Source: an uncultured Desulfovibrio sp.
GTDB lineage: Bacteria; Desulfobacterota; Desulfovibrionia; Desulfovibrionales; Desulfovibrionaceae
Length of the DNA stretch: 64,000 nucleotides
Assembly (NCBI GenBank): GCA_937926875.1
Contig: CALBAX010000015.1
Coordinates: forward strand, 2,412-66,411
Direction of reading: 5' to 3'
A program made the position numbers and the translations under genes. Positions 58,598-64,000 of this stretch are shown here, piece after piece (position 1 is the first letter of the stretch; each line of letters opens with the position of its first letter). The notes beneath the pieces were generated by a model. That model saw only the letters and a program-made list of their open reading frames with translations, did no database searches and was not told the origin of the DNA.

Positions 58598-58999
58598 ATG
58601 CCCACGCGGGGAGCCATCCTCACCTACGTCAGGAAGAAGTTCGGCACGGAACCGGAATACCCCTGGGCCCGGTATCCGCACTATGCCGTCCTGCGCCACC
58701 AGCAGGGACGGAAGTGGTACGCCCTGATCATGGACGTGCCCCCGGACCGGCTGGGCCTGGATGGAGACGGACCGGTGGAGATCATCAACCTGAAATCCGA
58801 CGGCGTCCTGGATCTGCTCATCAGCGGGACGCCGGGCATCCTGCCCGCCTACCATATGGATAAAAGGCACTGGGTCTCCATCCTTCTGGACGGGGGCATC
58901 ACGCCCGAAGAGCTGTTCGCGCTCATCGACGAGAGCCACGCCCTGACCGGCGGCAGGGCTGACGGCCCCCGCCGCCACAGGATGCCCCTGGTGAAATGA
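58598..58999 (+). CDS. MmcQ/YjbR family DNA-binding protein
   Basis: 133 aa; similar to E. coli YjbR (KRHWVSILLDGGI... cf. NKAHWSTVYLDGSL). Confidence 0.65.
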   Translation: MPTRGAILTYVRKKFGTEPEYPWARYPHYAVLRHQQGRKWYALIMDVPPDRLGLDGDGPVEIINLKSDGVLDLLISGTPGILPAYHMDKRHWVSILLDGGITPEELFALIDESHALTGGRADGPRRHRMPLVK

Positions 59000-59079
59000 C
59001 ATCTACGGGGCCGGGAAGGCCCCCTGCCCTTCCAGCCCCTCGTATCGACATTTGCCCCGTTGCATGGTACTTGCGGCAG

Positions 59080-59742
59080 ATGTTCGATTTTGCATTCAAC
59101 GCGCAGCGTTTCGCCGTCTACCTGATCCCCACCCTGCTCGGCATCATCATGCATGAAGTGGCCCACGGCTGGATGGCCTCCCGCAGGGGCGACCAGACCG
59201 CCCGCTTCATGGGCCGCCTGACCCTCAATCCCGTCTCGCATTTCGACGCCCTGGGCGCGGCCGTGTTCCTGCTCACCAGCCTGGGCACGGGCTTCATCTT
59301 CGGCTGGGCCAAGCCGGTGCCGGTCAACGTGCGTAACCTGCGCGACCCCGCCCGCGACATGATGTGGGTGGCCCTGGCCGGGCCCGTGACCAACTTTCTG
59401 CTGGCCATCGGCTTTGCCCTGGTCCTGGGCGCTGTGGTGGCCTTGCTGCCCGGCCCCGACATCTCGGACACCACGCGCTACTTCCTGCTCATGCTGGTGG
59501 CCGGGGTGAACATCAACCTCTGCCTTGCCTGGATCAACCTGCTGCCCATCCCGCCGCTGGACGGCAGCAAGATCGTGGCCTATTTCCTGCCGCCGCGCGC
59601 CGCCTGGGCCTATATGAGCGCCGGGCGCTACGGCTTCATCATCCTGGTGCTCCTGCTGGCCACGGGCCTTTTGGGGCACATCCTCGGGCCTCTCATCGGC
59701 GGGGGCAGCGATTTGCTGCTTTCGCTTGTCGGTATCAAGTAA
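59080..59742 (+). CDS. site-2 protease family zinc metalloprotease (peptidase M50B)
   Basis: HEVAHG zinc motif 24 aa after the ATG at 59080, as in YwhC-type M50B proteins. An alternative ATG at 58996 overlaps the previous stop. Confidence 0.75.
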   Translation: MFDFAFNAQRFAVYLIPTLLGIIMHEVAHGWMASRRGDQTARFMGRLTLNPVSHFDALGAAVFLLTSLGTGFIFGWAKPVPVNVRNLRDPARDMMWVALAGPVTNFLLAIGFALVLGAVVALLPGPDISDTTRYFLLMLVAGVNINLCLAWINLLPIPPLDGSKIVAYFLPPRAAWAYMSAGRYGFIILVLLLATGLLGHILGPLIGGGSDLLLSLVGIK

Positions 59743-59770
59743 GTAACGGAACTTCTAAAGGAATCTTGCA

Positions 59771-60763
59771 ATGAGCACTGTTCGTCCGCGTACGGTTTCG
59801 GGCATGCGTCCCACCGGGCCGCTCCATCTGGGTCACTATTTCGGCGTCCTCAAGAACTGGGTGGAACTCCAGAACAGCGAGGAAGCCTACTTCTTCGTGG
59901 CCGACTGGCACGCCCTGACCAGCGATTATGCCGACCCCTCCAATATCGCCACCAACGTGGAAGAAATGGTCAAGGACTGGGTGGCCGCCGGCCTGGACCC
60001 CGAAAAGTGCGTCATCTTCCGCCAGAGCTCCGTCAAGGAACATGCCGAACTGAGCCTGCTGCTCTCCATGATCACCCCTGTTTCCTGGCTGGAGCGCAAC
60101 CCCACCTACAAGGAACAGCAGCAGCAGATCACCAACAAGGACCTGGGCAACGCGGGCTTCCTCTGCTACCCCGTGCTCATGGCCGCGGACATCCTCATGT
60201 ACCGGCCCCACGGCGTGCCCGTGGGCGAAGACCAGCTGCCCCACATGGAGCTGACCCGCGAGATCGCCCGCCGCTTCAACTACCTCTACGGCGGCAACTT
60301 CTTCCCCGAGCCGCAGGCCATGCTCACCCCCGCGGCCAAGTGCCCCGGCCTGGACGGCCGCAAGATGTCCAAGAGCTACAACAACGGCATCTTCCTGCGT
60401 GACACCATGGCCGACATCGAGCCCAAGGTGCGCGGCATGTTCACCGACCCGGCCCGCCTGCGCAAGAGCGATCCCGGCAACCCGGACGTCTGCAACCTCT
60501 TCCCCTACCATGTGCTGCTGGCCAGCCCCGAGGAGCAGGCCGAGATCCGCACCGGCTGTACCGGCGCCAGCTTCGGCTGTGTGGAATGCAAGAAGCGCTT
60601 CCTGAAGAACCTGGAAGCGTTCCTGGCTCCCCTGCAGGAACGCCGCGCCGCTCTGGCCGCCCGTCCCGGCGCCGTGGCCGAGATCCTGGCCGCCGGCAAC
60701 GAACGCGCCCGCGCCTTCGCCTCCGCCACGCTGGCCGAAGTGCGCACCAAGATGGGGCTGTAA
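59771..60763 (+). CDS. trpS: tryptophan--tRNA ligase
   Basis: 330 aa, PTGPLHLGHY (HIGH) and KMSKS motifs. Confidence 0.95.
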   Translation: MSTVRPRTVSGMRPTGPLHLGHYFGVLKNWVELQNSEEAYFFVADWHALTSDYADPSNIATNVEEMVKDWVAAGLDPEKCVIFRQSSVKEHAELSLLLSMITPVSWLERNPTYKEQQQQITNKDLGNAGFLCYPVLMAADILMYRPHGVPVGEDQLPHMELTREIARRFNYLYGGNFFPEPQAMLTPAAKCPGLDGRKMSKSYNNGIFLRDTMADIEPKVRGMFTDPARLRKSDPGNPDVCNLFPYHVLLASPEEQAEIRTGCTGASFGCVECKKRFLKNLEAFLAPLQERRAALAARPGAVAEILAAGNERARAFASATLAEVRTKMGL

Positions 60764-60768
60764 GCGCC

Positions 60769-61206
60769 TTGAAGTGGGTAGGTATCGACTACGGCCTGGC
60801 CCGCACGGGCCTGGCCGCCACCGACCCGGAAGGCATCATGGCCTATCCGCTGACCACCATCCGTCTGGCCGACTACGCCAACCGCAAGGAATTCCTGGCG
60901 GCGCTGGCCGGACGGATCCTCGAGGAGCGCCCTGACGCCGTGGTCATGGGCCTGCCCCTGCTCACCGACGGCACCGAGAGCATGACCACCCGGCAGGTGC
61001 GCAACGTCACCGAGCGCCTCAAGCGCCGCGTGCCCCTGCCCTTCTATTTCATGTCCGAGCTGCTCAGCTCCGAGGCCGCCGAGCACGAACTGCGCGAGGC
61101 GGGCCGCACGGGCCGCCGCTGCAAGGCCGTGCTGGACCAGCAGGCCGCCGTGCGCATCCTGGAGTCCTTCCTTTCCCTCAGCCCTGACCAGCGGAGACCG
61201 GCATGA
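60769..61206 (+). CDS. ruvX: Holliday-junction resolvase-like nuclease RuvX/YqgF
   Basis: TTG start (MKWVGIDYGLARTGLAATD) 5 nt after the trpS stop; YqgF fold motifs. Confidence 0.75.
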   Translation: MKWVGIDYGLARTGLAATDPEGIMAYPLTTIRLADYANRKEFLAALAGRILEERPDAVVMGLPLLTDGTESMTTRQVRNVTERLKRRVPLPFYFMSELLSSEAAEHELREAGRTGRRCKAVLDQQAAVRILESFLSLSPDQRRPA

Positions 61207-62249
61207 AGACCGTACTGCGCATCGTGGCTGTCCTTTTCCTGCTGGCGGCTGCCGCTGCCGGCTGGGCGGGATACGAGGCCTGGACCTTCCTCAAGACGCC
61301 CCCGGCCACACCGGGGCAGGAAGCCTTCTTCGACGTGGAGCCCGGCGCCAGCGTGCGCCGCGTGGCCGGCAAGCTGGAAGAACGCGGGCTCATCACCGAT
61401 GCGCGCAAGTTCCTGCTGCTGGCCCGCTACAAACAATGGGACAGCCGCCTGCAGGCCGGACGCTTTGCCCTCAATACGGGCTGGCTGCCGGAACAGGTGC
61501 TGGATACCCTGGTCAACGGCCAGCCGGTGCTGTTCCGCGTCACCGTGCCCGAGGGCCTGACCTGGTGGCAGACCGGCAAGGTGCTGGAAGACGCCGGGCT
61601 GGTGCGCTTCGAGGACTTCCGCGCCGTCATCACGGACCCGGCCTTCTTGCGTCATTACGGCATCCCCTTCGATTCGGCCGAGGGCTTCCTCATGCCGGAC
61701 ACCTACCTGCTCAAGAAGGCCGACGTGCCCGACAAGGCCCAGGCCCGTGCCGTGGCCGGCCGCATGGTGGACAATTTCTGGCGCAAGGGCGACGCCCTCT
61801 GGCCCGGCGGCAAACGGCCCTCCCGCGACGAGCTGCGCCGCCTGGTGATCCTGGCCTCCGTCGTGGAGAAGGAGACCGCCTTTGCCGACGAGCGGCCGCG
61901 CGTGGCCGGCGTCTATGCCAACCGCCTGCGCATCAACATGGCGCTCCAGGCCGACCCCACGGTCATCTACGGGCTGGGGCCCGGCTTTGACGGCAACCTG
62001 CGCCGCCGCCATCTGGACGACGCCAACAACATCTACAACACGTACCAGCGTCCCGGCCTGCCGCCCGGCCCCATCTGCTCGTTCGGCGCCAGTGCCCTGG
62101 CCGCGGCCATCACGCCCGAAGAGCACAAATACCTCTATTTCGTGGCCATCACCGACGGCGGCCGTCACGCTTTTTCCACCAACCTCGACGATCATAACCG
62201 CGCCGTGCGCCAGTACCTCAAGAACCGTCGCGCCCAGCGCCAGCAATAA
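61203..62249 (+). CDS. mltG: endolytic murein transglycosylase MltG (YceG-like)
   Basis: N-terminal transmembrane helix and YceG domain; ATG overlaps the ruvX stop. Confidence 0.9.
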   Translation: MKTVLRIVAVLFLLAAAAAGWAGYEAWTFLKTPPATPGQEAFFDVEPGASVRRVAGKLEERGLITDARKFLLLARYKQWDSRLQAGRFALNTGWLPEQVLDTLVNGQPVLFRVTVPEGLTWWQTGKVLEDAGLVRFEDFRAVITDPAFLRHYGIPFDSAEGFLMPDTYLLKKADVPDKAQARAVAGRMVDNFWRKGDALWPGGKRPSRDELRRLVILASVVEKETAFADERPRVAGVYANRLRINMALQADPTVIYGLGPGFDGNLRRRHLDDANNIYNTYQRPGLPPGPICSFGASALAAAITPEEHKYLYFVAITDGGRHAFSTNLDDHNRAVRQYLKNRRAQRQQ

Positions 62250-62263
62250 CAGGAAGGCAGGTC

Positions 62264-62500
62264 ATGAAGTATTTGATCATGGAAGATTTTTCCGGCCAGC
62301 CCGTGCCCTTCATCTTTCCCCGCCGCGTGGACCACGCCGACATGCGCGACCAGCTCCCTTACGGGCAGGTCATCTCCGCCGGTGTGGTGGAACACGGCCC
62401 CGAGGGCTTCGTCTGCCACGGCGGCAACGCCGAACTCAATGTCAAAGCCCGGCCAGAGGAAGACGCGGCCATCATCACCGAGGCCCTGCGCGTCCGGTAA
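62264..62500 (+). CDS. small hypothetical protein (78 aa)
   Basis: AGGAAGG RBS 6 nt before the ATG; no recognisable family. Confidence 0.4.
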   Translation: MKYLIMEDFSGQPVPFIFPRRVDHADMRDQLPYGQVISAGVVEHGPEGFVCHGGNAELNVKARPEEDAAIITEALRVR

Positions 62501-62530
62501 GGCCATATCTGCGAAGGACGGGGAAGGATC

Positions 62531-62668
62531 TTTGAGGGGGACCCCCTCATCCCTGCTGTCGATGCCCGTAGCTTCCTGCGTCGCAACGGGCACGGCCCTG
62601 CGGGCCGCCATCCGGTCGCTGCTAGCGCGAGAGGGGTTCCCCCCTCAAACTCCCCTTCCCCAGCGCGC
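62531..62668. repeat. GC-rich palindromic intergenic element, copy E (long form with internal core)
   Basis: Arms TTTGAGGGGGACCCCCTC ... GAGGGGTTCCCCCCTCAAA enclose an 80-nt core homologous to copy F. Tail CTCCCCTTCCCCAGCGCGC. Confidence 0.65.
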
Positions 62669-62726
62669 TTTCATAACAGGACATCCCTCCAGCTCATGGG
62701 AGGGCATATCCCTGTCAAAACCAAAC

Positions 62727-62768
62727 GCGCCCGCGAGAACTCCGTCTCGCGGGCGCGTTTTATTTTTT
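62727..62768. terminator. Bidirectional rho-independent terminator between convergent genes
   Basis: GCGCCCGCGAGA-actccg-TCTCGCGGGCGC followed by GTTTTATTTTTT (and AAACC upstream). Confidence 0.8.
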
Positions 62769-62912
62769 CCGGGGAAAATATCCTCCCCCTTTATCAGGGC
62801 GCCGGGGAAGGCCTTCGTGTACCGGCAGCAACCGGGGGCCAAGAGGCCCTACCCGTCACGTGATGCAGAAAGCTGCGGACATCGGCAGCAGGCCCCTCAA
62901 AAAAACATCATC

Positions 62913-63689
62913 TCAGCGATCAAAAAAGCCGCTGACCGTCCCTTCCACTATCCCGGCACCACCGAAGCCGTGGGCATCCAGCACCTGCATCACCTGCGGC
63001 CACAGGCCGTCAGGCAGGACAGCCGCCTGCAGGACAGGGCCCGGCGTCAGGCGCAGACGGAAATCCCCCAGGCCGGGCAAGGCGGCCAGGTCGGCTTCGG
63101 CAGCGGCCAGACGGGCCAGCAGGGCCGGTTCAGGATGCATGCCGTACGCCAGCCGGGTCAGCAGGCAGGGCCGGGCGGCCTGCTGCGGATCGTCCAGTCC
63201 CCAGGCCGCGCCCAGATCGCGCAATTCCTGTTTGCGGAGCCCGGCCAGCGCCAGGGGCGAGAGCACGCCCGCCTCGCGCACGGCCCGCTGTCCGGGCCGG
63301 AAGGCGGTCAGGTCATCGGCATTGCTGCCGTCACAGAGGATGCGGCAGCCGCCCGCGGCGGCCAGGGCTTCGCGCAGACGGCGCATGAGGGCCCGCTTGC
63401 AGGCATAGCAGCGCTCCCGGCTGTTCACCGCCACTTCAGGCAGGGGAAGGGGATCGTGCCGCACTTCCAGCAGGGGCAGTCCCTGTGCCCGGGCCCAGCG
63501 CCGCGCCGCCGCGCTCTCGGCCTGCGGCACATGCGGCCCCGTGGCGTGCAGGGCCAGCACGTCGCAGCCCGCACGCCGCAGGGCGAAACAGAGGAAACGG
63601 CTGTCCAGCCCGCCGGAAAAGGCCACGGCCAGCGGCCAGTGCCGCAGCACGGGCAGCAGGGCCTGCCAGCGGGCTTCGGGGGCTACCAC
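62913..63689 (-). CDS. PP-loop ATP pyrophosphatase, LarE-like (TIGR00268 family)
   Basis: SGGLDS PP-loop and CLLTRLAYG (cf. LarE CSVSSRFPYG). Start uncertain: GTG at 63689, 1 nt after the hisF stop. Confidence 0.65.
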   Translation of the reverse strand: MVAPEARWQALLPVLRHWPLAVAFSGGLDSRFLCFALRRAGCDVLALHATGPHVPQAESAAARRWARAQGLPLLEVRHDPLPLPEVAVNSRERCYACKRALMRRLREALAAAGGCRILCDGSNADDLTAFRPGQRAVREAGVLSPLALAGLRKQELRDLGAAWGLDDPQQAARPCLLTRLAYGMHPEPALLARLAAAEADLAALPGLGDFRLRLTPGPVLQAAVLPDGLWPQVMQVLDAHGFGGAGIVEGTVSGFFDR

Positions 63690-64000
63690 GTCAGGCGGAC
63701 CTTGGCGCCCTTCCCGGCCATGACTTCCTTGCACTGGCGGATGGTGTACTGCCCGTAGTGCACGATGGAAGCGATGAGCGCCGCCGAGGCACCGCCCTTG
63801 CTCACGGCATCGTACATGTGTTCGGGCGCGCCCGCACCACCGGAAGCGATGACCGGGATGGACACGGCGTCCACGATGGCCCGGGTCAGGGTCAGCTCGT
63901 AGCCGTCACGGGTGCCGTCGGCGTCGATGGAGTTGATGCAGAGCTCGCCCGCGCCCAGCTTCTGGCATTTGCGCGCCCATTCGATGGCGTCGATGCCCAT
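63683..64000 (-). CDS. hisF: imidazole glycerol phosphate synthase cyclase subunit HisF (C-terminal part; 5' end beyond window)
   Basis: ...[23 protein letters not shown]... is conserved HisF C-terminal sequence; the ORF runs off the 3' edge of the window. Confidence 0.9.
   Translation of the reverse strand: MGIDAIEWARKCQKLGAGELCINSIDADGTRDGYELTLTRAIVDAVSIPVIASGGAGAPEHMYDAVSKGGASAALIASIVHYGQYTIRQCKEVMAGKGAKVRLTW

Overview
High-GC (about 65%) chromosomal segment that looks like a Desulfovibrionaceae (Desulfovibrio-like) deltaproteobacterium. Coding density is high and most genes are housekeeping. Genes I can support from the translations, in order along the window: gamma-glutamyltransferase; an operon of a DEXH helicase fused to a DnaQ-like exonuclease plus an M20 amidohydrolase; a TtuA/Ncs6-like PP-loop ATPase; a class IV aminotransferase; asd; a pyrK-pyrD-GNAT-epimerase-ABC-F-Nudix gene string; pepP; aroK; a GT2 glycosyltransferase with a fused Rossmann-like domain; a partial F-type ATP synthase operon (atpF'-F-H-A-G-D-C); a cluster of a YheO-like regulator, an NhaC-family transporter, an MmgE/PrpD protein and RidA; lepA; a YdiJ-like 1188-aa FAD/Fe-S oxidoreductase; panD; malic enzyme; OsmC; the Desulfovibrio-type dhcA (decaheme cytochrome c)-rnfCDGEAB-apbE cluster; an alanine/glycine:cation symporter; an AT-rich island carrying a GtrB/ArnC-like polyprenyl-phosphate glycosyltransferase and a divergently transcribed polytopic membrane protein; an in-frame purB-pyrE fusion; rnhA; trpS; ruvX; mltG; a LarE-like PP-loop protein; and a truncated hisF. 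I found no rRNA, tRNA or CRISPR array. The most unusual signal is a family of at least eight intergenic GC-rich palindromic MITE/REP-like elements, all in the same orientation. Each has a perfect hairpin of up to 20 bp built on GGGGGAGGGGGACCCC, followed by a conserved CCCTTCCCCAAAAC-type tail. They occur in short (about 75 bp) and long (about 90-140 bp, with a conserved internal core) versions, and three copies bracket panD and maeB. Other candidates worth follow-up are the helicase-exonuclease fusion with its roughly 200-aa Pro/Ala/Gly-rich linker, the PurB-PyrE fusion, the YheO/NhaC/PrpD/RidA module, and the AT-rich glycosylation island. Many long ORFs in the six-frame track are antisense artefacts of high GC content and were rejected.
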